DNA of 64,000 bases, taken from the NCBI GenBank assembly GCA_964016885.1, contig OZ024740.1, positions 356,748,001 to 356,812,000 on the forward strand, in the 5' to 3' direction. The stretch is from Eledone cirrhosa (lineage: Eukaryota). Position numbers and translations under genes: made by a program. The notes under the pieces were generated by a model. The model had not been told where the DNA came from. It was given only the letters and a program-made list of their open reading frames with translations, and made no database searches. Each line of letters starts with the position of its first letter. Within the stretch, counting starts at the first letter, position 1. Positions 39,005-51,229 of this stretch are shown one piece after another.

Positions 39005-39105
39005 ATTCTAACTTTGCCTTTCATCCTTACGGGGTCGATAAAATAAAGTACCAGTAATGCACTGGGTAATTGCTGGCCATGTGCCAAATGTAGAAACAAT
39101 TATTT
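39005..39105 (+). mobile_element. SINE 3' half
   Basis: AACTTTGCCTTTCATCCTTACGGGGTCGATAAAATAAAGTACCAGT...GCTGGCC.TGTGCCAAA. Confidence 0.8.
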
Positions 39106-39397
39106 AAGAATATTTTATCATAACCAAGTGTTGCAATGATTACAGGTACAAAAGTACGTTTATAATATATGTAGAAAAGTTTTCGTATTCATACATAGAA
39201 GTATTTGAAACTACATGGCCTGTTTTTTAGCGTGAATGAAATGTTCCAGTATATTACTCCATGCTTTGTTTTTAATCGATCACAAACAACGCTGTCGTGC
39301 CCATTGTTTAAATGAAATCTCTAATGAACAGTTTTAACCAATATTGTATCAAAACCGATGAACATCAGAAATAATTTCAATATTTGTCCCAAGACAA

Positions 39398-39605
39398 GGA
39401 GCGGTGGATTAGCAGTTTCGGTGGAGCGCTCGGACAACATACTTTACGCCCATTTGCGATCTGAGTTCAAATCCTGCCGAGGTTAACTTTGCTTTTATCC
39501 TTACGAGGTCGATAAAATATAGTACAAGTAATGCACTGGAATCGATTTAATCGACTTTCCCCTCCCCCAAAATTGTTGGCGTTGAGCTTAAATCAGACAC
39601 CAATA
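39398..39605 (+). mobile_element. tRNA-derived SINE (Nin/OK-like)
   Basis: GGTGGATTAGCAG head, GAGTTCAAATCC B box, central GAGGTTAACTTTGC...GTCGATAAAAT core. Confidence 0.8.
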
Positions 39606-40109
39606 TTTGTCCTAAGACAGTCTTTACTACTGACAACAGTGGATATTGTTTCAATGAGAATGTTCTGAATGCGAAGGTGTGATATTTTGGGCTATTTGCC
39701 ACGAACAATACATTCGACATATATTGACTCATTTTTAGTAATTATGAGCTACACTACCTTTGCTTCAACAATTTTTTTAGAGTTTCAGTCAAATTCGATC
39801 TGACAGCGTGGCATCATGTGTAAATGTAATTTACCATAACCTCGGCACAACCTATGCCTTGTGAGTAAAATTCGATAGACGGAAACTGTTTGGGACTCTG
39901 TCGGATAGAATGTACTTATAATTCAAAGGACCAGCCTTGACATACGTTTAATTACCCCGAGAATTACGTTAAGTGTACATGTGGCTGTGTTCGGTAGATC
40001 GAACAACTAGAACATTCGTCGTCGAAACCGACGGAGGTGCAGCATCATATACACGTTCCGAAAGGCTTGAAAAGTTTTTGGTTTAGCCTATTTCCCAAAA
40101 CTTTATATA

Positions 40110-40459
40110 TATAGAAGATATATTAGTTTAACGCTTGATATGAAAAGAGTGTTTGTATTTCGGACACTAGTCCATCGTCAGAATATAGAATGAGAATTAA
40201 AAGATGAAATAGGATAGAGAGTGAGAAGAGAAATCAACGGAAAACAAGTTTTGAGAAAAAACACGTGTGTGTTCAGTCAGCCATTTTATATAATTTCCTA
40301 TTACCTTATTACCAGTAAGAGAAATAGCTCAAGGTATGAACATCAGTTGTTTTACAGAGCAGGAAAATAAATTTACTATACAATTATCAAAGTTGAGAGT
40401 TTGGAAGAAACGTTTGTCAGCTATTAAATGATTTGAACACAACTTTGATAATTGTATAG

Positions 40460-40470
<11 letters not shown>
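40110..40470 (-). mobile_element. PLE-like non-coding remnant with degenerate hammerhead and short inversion
   Basis: minus strand 40150-40185 reads TATT CTGACGAT GGAC-TAGT-GTCC GAAA; ACTATACAATTATCAAAGTTG is inverted at ~40375 and ~40440. Confidence 0.5.
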
Positions 40471-40509
<39 letters not shown>

Positions 40510-40511
<2 letters not shown>

Positions 40512-40720
40512 TTTATAGGAAAATGTATGACACCGACGGCAGAGCTCAAGCCGTTTCGACGGCTATTTCAGTCCATAAATAGCCGTCGAAACGGCTTGAG
40601 CTCTGCCGTCGGGGTCATACAATTTCCTATTACGCACTCTACTACCCTAAGTATTGAGTACTCTGGTGCGTTATGGTTCATCTGGTTCCTTACCACAACT
40701 CCTTCGTTATTAATGTATAT
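40510..40720 (+). repeat. fold-back element in (TA)n (54-bp arms plus one-sided extension)
   Basis: arms 40515-40568 and 40577-40630, 8-nt loop. Confidence 0.8.
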
Positions 40721-40825
40721 ATATATATATATATATACTAATTAAAGATGAATTAGTCTCTAATACTTCAGCATCTCAATGCATGGCTTGTGTTCCCAAA
40801 AACAGAGTTTCTTCTATCAATAATA

Positions 40826-41412
40826 TCAATAATAATTGCTTCTACTTTTGGCACGAGTCCAGCAATTTCCCCCAGTGTATTACTGGTAATTTATTTTATC
40901 GAACCCGAAAGGATGAAAGGCAAATCTAACCTCGAGAGGATTTGAAGTAAAACTGTAAAGGGCCATAGCTCTATGCTGCAAAGTATGGTGTATAACGCTC
41001 TACCGATACTGCCAACCACCGCCCTATCAATAATAATTGTTTCTACTTTTGGCACAAGGCCAGCAATTATCCCAGTACATTACTGGTACTTTATTTTATC
41101 GACCCCGTAAGGATGAAAGGCAAAGTTAATCTCGGCGGGATTTGAACTCAGACCATAAAGTGGCGTAACTCTATGCTGCAAAGCATGGCGCCCGACCTTC
41201 TACCGATACTGCCAACTATCAATAATAATTGTTTCTATTTTAGGCACAAGGCCAGCAATTACCCACTACATTACTGGTACTTTATTTTATCGACCCCGTA
41301 AGGATGAAAGGTAAAGTTAACCTCGGCGGGATTTGAACTCAGATCATAAAGGGACGTAACTCTATGCTTCAAAGCATGGTGTCTGACTCTCTACCGATAC
41401 TGCTAATCCACC
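40826..41412 (-). mobile_element. head-to-tail trimer of SINEs (~195-bp units)
   Basis: TCAATAATAATTG.TTCTA...CTGGTACTTTATTTTATCGACCCC...GGATTTGAACTC repeated three times. Confidence 0.85.
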
Positions 41413-41858
41413 ATACCATAATCAAACAATATCGGCCGATTATCAAAAGCGATTATTCAGCCATTCAAAAATGCCGATTGCCAGCCCATTAATTAATGCA
41501 ACCCTAATATACAATTACGCACAGACATATTAGATTCACACTTTTGTGATGTAGCCTTTATTTTTTGTTTGTGTGTTTGTTTCTGTGTGTGTGTGTGCAG
41601 TTTATCTTGTTCGTGGTGGGATGTGTCTGGGCGTACAATCAGTGTGTGTGTGTGTGTATGGCTTGGTCTATGAGTGTGTTTCTTATTATTACCAATGGCA
41701 TTGTGTGAGTGACAGAGATGTTTTGTGTGAAGTCTATATGTTATTTGTGGGTATTGTTATGTATGCGACCAAGTGTATATGTGTGTGTGTGTGTGGTGTG
41801 TGCGTGCGAAGTGGTGAAGAGAGATATCCAAAAGCTGTATGCTGATGTTTCATTGTAT

Positions 41859-42064
41859 GAAAGAAGAAGAAGAAGAAGAAGAAGAAGAAGAAGAAGAAGA
41901 AGAAGAAGAAGAAGAAGAAGAAGAAGAAGAAGAAGAAGAAGAAGAAGAAGAAGAAGATGAAGAAGAAGAAGAAGAAGAAGAAGAAGAAGAAGAAGAAGAA
42001 GAAGAAGAAGAAGAAGAAGAAGAAGAAGAAGAAGAAGAAGAAGAAGAAGAAGAAGAAGAAGAAG

Positions 42065-42093
<29 letters not shown>
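41859..42093. repeat. long (GAA)n microsatellite
   Basis: ~235 bp with a single GAT interruption. Confidence 0.97.
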
Positions 42094-42095
<2 letters not shown>

Positions 42096-45000
42096 CAACA
42101 TAAATATAAATTAATTAAAAGAAGTCTGTACAAAGATGTATTTGTTATAATTTTATAGACAGTTTTACCAGGCCCTCACCGTATTCATGCATTGTAAATA
42201 TGCCACTGATCCAATGACTGTCAAAGGAATTATAATAAATATTAGATAACTTTTCATGCTGTCGTTATTCATTCAATACACACACATACATGTATATATG
42301 TACGTATATGTGTGGGTGTGGTATTATGCAAATGCTACTTTGTCACATCTACAGGTCTCAATTGGAAGGAACAGTAGGCGGCGGATGTTATATTATATGA
42401 CAAGATGCAACACAATATTGTTACTGTGGTTGACAGAATTATTAATTATAATGTCGACGTGATTAAAACATTGACAGCATTGATACGTTCATTTGTAATA
42501 AAATGAACGCTGATTAGACAGTAAAAACTTGTAAGGGCGTTTGACGTCAGAGGATAATCAATACATCCGACACATTTTCTTCATTAATTATATATACTAG
42601 AAGCATGTCTGAAATGAAATATTCACTACTTTATTTGCTTTGATGTATAATTATAACAAAAATAGCAATTTCCTTGGATTTCAATCACTCTGGATCGTAT
42701 GAGCCACTTTGAAGGCCATAATATAATCTTCACAATTTTGTAATTTTGCCTCTTTCGTTCGACATTTATTCATCATTGTTAAAATGGACGCCGATACTGT
42801 GTTAGATATCAATCACCATTGATGTGATCAAGCGATATCTAACACAGCATCTAATATCGGTAACAATATATTGAAGGTGTACCGAGAAGACAATAGGACG
42901 CCGGACTATCGACAGAGAAGTTGGTTGATATTTTGTAAACTGTTACTCGGTACTGCGCCACAATATTCCTTGCACCTAAATTTAATTGCTCCGGTTCATA
43001 TTGTTCTATACGGCTACCATATTTTAATGCCAGTCTTTATCGAGAAAGAAAGGAGAAATAGAGATAGATAGAGAACGCATATCATTGACATACAATAATT
43101 AGAAGTATATAGTTGGAAATGGATAGTACTGAGTTCCTCTACATGGTGCGCTAAAGGATTTACACTGCAAATCAGAAATAACATCATTTATGAAATGGAA
43201 AGAAACGTTGGGTAATATATCGGATAGATACTGGTGAGTATCTTTTATTGTACGTGTTCTGTATCAAGGCTGGCTTATGTCTCTAAACTCAGCAGCTGCA
43301 ATATTCATATCTACATCGTCGAAACTTAGACAGAAAGTCACTCACTATAAGTTTCAAACCTCTTGAGAATCATCATTAGAATCATCATTATGATCATTAA
43401 CATCGTTATTAACATCATTGTCTTCATCATCGTCATCATCACGGTGATGTAATCAAAGGAAATTCGATTGTTAATAATAAACAAATGATTAATTCCTTTC
43501 CTATACATTAGCAATATAAAACATATTACAAGAAATAGAAAGGTATAATTGTTATTACCGTATCGAGTGTAATGCCAATTTATCTTTGCTGAAACTCAAA
43601 TCATGTTTCATTAAGGTCCCTGGTCGTTTCGTGGTCTGGTAAATAAGAATTTAAAAACAACAAACAGCTAAACAGCAAGAGTCCTTCAAATGTGTTACAG
43701 GCTGACAGTTATTTATTTCATCTGTGGAAGAAAATCAATGCCTGCCATAAGCTTAGTAAAGAAATCAAGAGTAGATGTGAGGAAATCGATAAGTGCATAT
43801 ATAGTGGAAATATTTCTGGTTAAGTATTAAAAGAAATACATCAACAAAATATGATGTAGAACCCAAACTAAGGACACGATTAAAGTAGGAGAAAATCATT
43901 TTGAAAATGAAAGAAATCTCATATATTTAGATAAGGGAAAATCAAACACTGGTTTCTTTTTTCTATTCATGAAAGAGTATATCAATTTTCGTAATGCCAC
44001 GTAGTTCTCTTTTCTTTTTCATTAAATAAAACCAACAAACGAAATAAATATATCTATTATAACTTTTTATAAAGCTTTGGGTCTTAAATATCGATCTTTT
44101 GAACACGAAAAATGAATATCACTTCATTGTGTATAAAATCAATTATACAAAGAAATCTTTGATGCCAAGAATTATAAAACAAAATATATCACCATTATGT
44201 TTGCAATGACAATAGAATCATTTCTGACAGCAAATAAACGATAAAAATAATAAACAAATCTAAATAAATCAAATGATAATAAAACAATTTTTCTCTCGAA
44301 AATATATATGACATCAACAAACGTAATTTATTGTGCACAATAGCGATTTAATTACAGTATATACGTGAATACATTCCGATCCAAATATCAGCCCTCATCC
44401 CCTATTTCATGTCTGAGAAATAGGCAAAGTTAAGACAAGGCAGCTAATCAAACCATTATTTTTAAATTGTGTGATTTTGAAAATATACACATCGAATTAA
44501 ATGTGTTCTTTAAAATACTTGGAAACGATTTAACGTCGTACAAGTATTAAAGCTTGGAAAGAATTTAACATTAATCCTTTTTTAATAATCGTAATGTGAG
44601 ATGTGGACTTGGTTGCTGAGTGATTACGTTGAGGCTTCTTTATGGTATATCATATATAAATGAATGGTAAGTGTCATAGAATAGTAGGTGAATTCACCTG
44701 CGCGTCTACATGCACTTTAAAAAGAAGTAAAATCTCATTCCCCTTTCTTCTCATTTAAAGTAAATGTATTTATCATCCGTTAATGTTTACATCGGATCCT
44801 GAAAGTTTAGACAGTCAATTCTATCACATAAATGTAAAATGTATATAAACATGTATCCTCTTCTCTTTTTTATTCTAGAATATAACAACTAGCAGAGAAT
44901 TTCCTTAACAACATTCTGGTTTGTGTAGAGAAGAGCAATAGTCCTGTACCTGGAATGTTTTAGGTTATTCCAAGTGCTGCATTCTTTTATGTATCCAGAC

Positions 45001-45199
45001 AAATGAGGAGACGTGAGATTTTTGCAAGACAAATAAATCAAAGCAACATAAATACAATATGAGCACAAACAATAAACAGAACAAATGCAACAGTTAATAG
45101 CAAATAGATGCGACGAATTACGATCAATATATATTTGACAAAATGACATATTACGCTTACTAGCATATAATTTACTGATTTTATGCTTAATGCATAGAA

Positions 45200-47000
45200 C
45201 ATTAATAACATAAGAAAAACAATGATAGTCAATACCTGAAATCATTTTCACTTTCTCATCAACAAAAGCAGATAATTCCGGAGAGGTTTCGGTTATATAC
45301 ATTTACTTACAGAGCCATTTATCATTAGTTTGGTCAAACTACGGGTATCTATAATTTCCATTAGTTTCTTTTTTCAAAGGGTATTACAATATATAACTTT
45401 ATGGATGCAATGGAATATTCTATGACGAAAGTTAGTACTACATATATTTCCACATATGAATATTAACCAATGAACATAAATCAGTTATGTTTATTATTCA
45501 ATTTCTGAAATAGCTTATCATATCGCCCTTTGAAAACATTGTTTTCTTGGTCCAATTTGATGAGTTACACCACACTCGGTTAGTGAATGAGGTTTGGGAT
45601 CTTGTCGATTTTGTCGATCATAAACAAAAGAAGATAATCTAGGTAAGTTTTGCATATATCAATCTCTGGGTTAGAGTATTCCTTATGTGGTTTTGTTTGC
45701 GATATGTTAGACAATACTATCTACAAATTAGTTCAAACTGCTTTCAGAATATGTGTTTATCTTACAGTTTTCCTGATACAATAATATACGATTAAGCATT
45801 CAATGTTTGTTAATGTTAAATATATTTCTTTAAATATAAGTAGGGTAACGATAATGCCGTCTGGAAAACCTTCAGATAAAAGGAGCAAACTTTCTTTCTA
45901 TATATCCTTTGAGGTCGTCTATACTTCCAGTAGATGCATCAGAAACTTAAGCTACCCATTCAACTGCTAGTGTAGCCATTATTTGAATAGACACTTTGGT
46001 GAGCGGCTCAAAGCTAACCTTAAAGATCAATAAGCCGAGTCCCCAGCCTAAGTTTGATTGACGGTTGAATTGGATTCCCTTCAATTACATTTGTGTATGC
46101 GTGTTGCATATTCTCGTTCCAGTTCTCTGTAAATGTGTGATTGCATCTAAATAAGAACTACTTATTTACATGTATTTTTATTATTGTTGTAACTTCTTAA
46201 AGCTTCTTAATAGATTTTCAGATTTTATATGATAAATGTATAAATCAATCTTACAAGATTTGTTCTCCAGAATGAATGGATACTGCTTTCTTAATAATCT
46301 TTTCTTTTTTACTTGTATTATCGAGTACGCCCACCTTGAGGCATATCTCTCAGAATGCAAGGTCCTCATATATTGGAATATACAATGATTCTTTACAGTC
46401 TAAGATGCTTGAAATCATCACTATGCCTGAGGAGCAGGGTGTAATGGCGAGGGCTGTAAGCCCTGGATAACTGGTTATTTCTTTGAAGTCTTCTATCCCG
46501 GCTTCGGAGCACAATATTAATGTTTCCATCAGTTGTTCTTGGGATGATCACTTCCCCATCTGATGCCACGGGCAAATTGTATGTTCTACGGTGGGCATCA
46601 TATTGTTTACGTCTCTAACGGTATGAAAGACAATATTTATGCTTTGAGCATCAGCCATCTCAATGGCTACATTAAACACATTGATGCACGAGTTGTACTT
46701 AAGTAGTAATTGTTGCAGATTCTGAAGTATCTTGTGAATTATATTGCCCACCTATCTCAGCGTATGCCATAAAAGAATAGCTAGGTGAAATGTGGTGTCG
46801 GCAAGTTCCTCATGGTCACCGTAACTTAAAAGCTGGATTATATAAAGTATTCGTGATTTCTTTACACACAACATCAGCCAGAATAAGAGTATTATTGTAG
46901 CATCAGATATTTTCCAAGTACTAGTGTCCTGATGGTGTGATTTCAAATTAATTACTAATGGTTGGCGTTGGGCAAGTTTTGTGTCATTTCATGCAGCGGA
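45200..47000 (-). mobile_element. highly decayed Helitron Rep-region remnant
   Basis: RTYNLPVASDGEVII...NIVLRSRDRRLQRNNQLSRAYSPRHYTLL resembles the Helitron RRYNxP...DIVL...LQRI...YxPLxYPLL motif; many stops. Confidence 0.55.
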
Positions 47001-48304
47001 ACATTGATATAAGCTCATGCTTTCAGCGATATCTAAAGATAATTTGAACGGTACAACTGATCGAATCTCAAGAAACCGGCACCTGTTTTTTTGTATTTTT
47101 TTTTATTGACGATATCGAAGAACATACATCGGTGGCTGATAAAATAACTGCAATCACAAATTGTAAGTAAATATTACAAGTTCGAAATTATTATATAATG
47201 TAATTAAAATAATTCTTCTCTAAAACTTGACATTTGAATTTCAATTCTAGTTCCATATTAAAATAAAAAGGTTTTCCTTTTAATCCAGCAGGTGTTGTAG
47301 TCTTGAAGCTGCCGAAGGGTTTTTAATTGTATCTGAAACTTAACATTTAAATTCCAATTCCTCTGGTTCAATAGTTTTTAAAAGGGTAGTATTTGCCTAA
47401 ATAGTTTCTGCTGCGTTAAACTTGCTACATTTAAAACTGATTATTACGCATAACAGTTTTGCTTTTACCAACACAATTTTTTTTCTTAGTTAAAATGTTG
47501 CTTGTATTTATTCAATCATAGAAGACAAAGCTTCTCTATTAACAACATATATACGTACTCCCACGTACCTATTCTTTGCTAAAAAAAAATTCTGAGAATG
47601 TTACAAATGAAAAAGAATATAACTTTCACAAAATATTCAGAAATATTGAAATAAATAACAAGATAGATAACTTCGATCATGTTACTTATGTGACCTTTAC
47701 TATATTTTGTGAGTTGGAGGCAAGTATGTTAACAGCGATCAACAAAAATAGCTGCGAAAAAGATAAAAGAAATAAAACCTACAAATATTAAAAGGAAACG
47801 AAGACAGTGAAATAATATCAAAATAAATAGATAGTAATTCAACTTACTGGAAGGGAAACAAATAATTTAGAAACATTGGAAATGACAATTTCTTTCATTT
47901 GTTCTCTAAAATATCAACTGCCGTAAGCTATAGACAAACTGATAAAGATAGACATAGTCATATTGTGCTTAACTGACAGAAGGGTTCACACATGGTAAAA
48001 CTACCTTAAAGCGCTAAATAACCCAGTATCTAGCTCAATTGAATGAAGGACACTGAAAGTTAGAGTGTCACTCGACAGTGAAAAAGAAGGGGTTCTAGAA
48101 TTTAAGATTGGGAGATCAAGTAAGACAGGAGTGATTGGAATGAATGGGAGTGCAGAGATTGACGCGTGGGTTTTGATCAATGGTATGGTGTGGAAAATAG
48201 ACAATAAAGTAACATCTTCATTAAAATATATTAAATTGGAATTTAGTGCGACTATTGTTTTATATTACTCTAAAACATTATTTAGAGGTTTGAGAATTGG
48301 CAAT

Positions 48305-48480
48305 ATCAGTAGAAGGTCGGACGCCATGCTTTGCAACATAGAGTTACGCCCCTTTATGGTCTGAGTTCAAATCCAGCCGAGGTTCACTTTGCCTTTCATC
48401 CTTACAGGGCCGATAAAATAAAGTACCAGTAATGTACTAGGGTAATTGCTGGCCTTGTGCCAATAGTAGAAACAATTATT
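48305..48480 (+). mobile_element. SINE (same family as 40826-41412)
   Basis: GAGTTCAAATCC...CTTTGCCTTTCATCCTTACAGGGCCGATAAAATAAAGTACCAGT. Confidence 0.85.
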
Positions 48481-48761
48481 TAGAGGTTTGGTTACATATA
48501 TAGATATACTTGAATTATCTTCAGTTTATTTACTCGGCATGCTTAATTTGTTTGGTTATTGCTGTCTCTTGGTTTATTTGTATAAATAGGTCTCATTTAA
48601 ATTCTGGTTAAATTTTGTCTAGTATATTTTCACACACACGCGCGCGTGCGCATATATTTATATATATGCGTGTATCCATTCCATATACTGTAGCGATTGT
48701 GTTGTTATTTCTGTTTACCCTTTATATATATATAAAAAATATATATATATATATATATATA

Positions 48762-49170
48762 TATTAGTAAAAAGGAAAAGAAAATGCTGACAAATTTTTC
48801 TCAATGAAAAATAGTTTAATTAGGAATAAGTATAAATTAGTAATATGTATTAGTTAGTATTCAGTTTTAGTTTTAAGTTTTTACCGGTTGCGCATTTCTT
48901 ATGCTTTTCAAAAATAATTTTGAGATAGAGTGCTCGTGATTTTTGCAGCAAAAATCACGAGCACTCTATCTCAAAATTATTTTTGAAAAGCATAAGAAAT
49001 GCGCAACCGGTAAAAACTTAAAACTAAAACTGAATACTAACTAATACATATTACTAATTTATACTTATTCCTAATTAAACTATTTTTCATTGAGAAAAAT
49101 TTGTCAGCATTTTCTTTTCCTTTTTACTAATATATCACAACTTGTGTGTCACACCTCTATTTTTTAAATA
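48762..49170. repeat. perfect ~370-bp palindrome (fold-back PLE-like end) with variant hammerhead
   Basis: ~185-bp arms centred on 48947, ~35-bp one-sided extension, (TA)n flanks; TTGAAAA GCAT-AAGAA-ATGC GCAA CCGG TA at 48983-49012. Confidence 0.85.
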
Positions 49171-49897
49171 TATATATATATATATATATAAGGCGACAGT
49201 GACTTTGAAGTTCCAATAACACTGGTTTCCCAAACTTTATTTGGATAATTGAAATAAGATATATAAATACATGTATACAGTATTGAGGTTGGAGAGAGTT
49301 ATAAGTGGTAAAGTGGAATAATAACACAAAACAATGTGATTAGAACGCAAAAACTGGAAATGGTTTTACATGGTAAAAGGAAGGAATAAAAAAAATTAAA
49401 ACTAACTATGGGGTTTGTGCATAACGGCGTTTGTGTGTATAAATGTGAGCTTCCGGGGGGTAATTGGTGATTAATATTAATATTATATGAATCACTTTTT
49501 GAAAACCACGAAGATGAATTTTGCACTAGACATAATTATATGGAGAGAAAAAAGGCATTACAAAATTAATGTTGAACGATATTATCTCAGTGTCTACAAA
49601 GAATGTTTGTATGAAGATGAGACAGCATAAAAAGTTTAAAATAACATTTTGAAGAACATTAATAAATTGAACAGCAGTGTTATATTTGAAAATTAATTAA
49701 TATGCTATATCTTAAAATATTTAATATGAATAAAAGTAAATTATCAGTGTAATAAATAAATATATTATTAATTTATAACCCTATTAAAAGAAATGTCCGT
49801 TCAATTTAAGATAATATAAAAACATCAAGATCCTATCATTTAGAAATTACTAATTTAGGTAATGAAAAATGTATCATATCACATTATCATATATATA

Positions 49898-49959
<62 letters not shown>

Positions 49960-49964
<5 letters not shown>

Positions 49965-50345
49965 GTAATAAACAACATAAGATAATTATTTCATTTACCA
50001 GTGGTTTCTTGAAAGCAAAAGAAATTTGCTTTCAGTCATCAGAATGAAAAGATCCTGGTGTATTTATTGACAGTAGATTTTAAAAAAGTTTTTTTTTTAA
50101 ATCCACTGTCAATAAATACACCAGGATTTTTTCATTCTGATGACTGAAAGCAAATTTCTTTTGCTTTCTAAAATCCACTGACAATAAATACACCAGGAAT
50201 TTTTCATTCTGATGACAAACCAAATTTCTTTTGCTTTCAAGAAACCACTGATAAATGAAATAATTATCTTATGTTGTTTATTACATAACTATTAAGCTCT
50301 GTAACCTACATAGAGCACTCTTTTTTCCTGGACTTTTCCGACTTC

Positions 50346-50350
<5 letters not shown>
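49960..50350. mobile_element. fold-back PLE-like end with hammerheads
   Basis: inverted arms about ~50088 with an internal duplication and a ~60-bp one-sided extension; (TA)n flanks. Confidence 0.8.
49989..50049 (-). ncRNA. type I hammerhead ribozyme
   Basis: TTTCATT CTGATGA C TGAAAGCAAA-TTTCT-TTTGCTTTCA A GAAA CCA-C-TGG TA AATGAAA; damaged plus-strand copy at 50202-50260. Confidence 0.8.
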
Positions 50351-50433
<83 letters not shown>

Positions 50434-50434
<1 letters not shown>

Positions 50435-50911
50435 GTTTTTCGAATATTAATAATATTCGGTTCGCTTGCAATTATGCAAACAGCCTTTTTAAACCCTATC
50501 AGTAGAATGACACCATCATTCTTGCTCTTGTGTTGGCATATAAACAAAACGGCTGACACTAATATTTCTGGGTGAATATCCTTCATCAGTACCGTATACT
50601 GTTTACCTGCCAACTGTCAGAGCGAGTGAAATTATATATTTTCTGAAATATACAGTGACTGATCGGCCTGATTTGCATATTAGCAGACGTCTGATCAGTC
50701 AGATATGCATATTAGAAGACCCACGGATCAGCCAGATTTGCATATCAGCAGATAGGCCACTCAGATTTGCCATATTTAAATAAGAAACAAATAGTTTTAT
50801 CGCTCTGCATGCCTGAATACAATAAATGTAATCTGAGTTTTCGAATATTAATAATGATATTCGATTCGTTTGCAATTATGCAAACAGCCTCTTGAAGCCA
50901 TGTCAGTAGAA
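50434..50911 (-). mobile_element. retrozyme-like repeat, family R2 (~400-bp unit)
   Basis: direct repeat restarts at 50434 and 50836; hammerhead core at 50550-50595 (ACGGTA CTGATGA...GAAA TAT TA); octamers at 50671 and 50736. Confidence 0.65.
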
Positions 50912-51229
50912 AAAGATATTGTTTATCGGGATTTGTGAGTTGACGGGTATATATATAAGCATCAACCTTATTACTTTGTGTATATGGGTGTCTGTGTCTG
51001 CATGTGTCCATTCATATGTGTTTGCGTGTGCGTCTGTCCGTGTGTTGGTATGTGAGTTGGACATTCAATGTTTAGTTTTTGTGTATTGCTGGATGGTAAA
51101 CAGGAAGTGAAAGAATGACCGTTTAGCATGTCACGCTGCGATGATGACCCATTATAAGGTCATCACATCAGTAGTGATGATTCTCACTAGGGAGACTAGT
51201 GTCACCAAGTAAATAAAACTAAATAAATT

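Noticed and set aside
39398-39480. tRNA gene suggested by the B-box motif
   Set aside because: No cloverleaf; it is the head of a SINE.
41839-42114. Poly-Glu, poly-Arg and poly-Ser ORFs
   Set aside because: Translations of a (GAA)n microsatellite.
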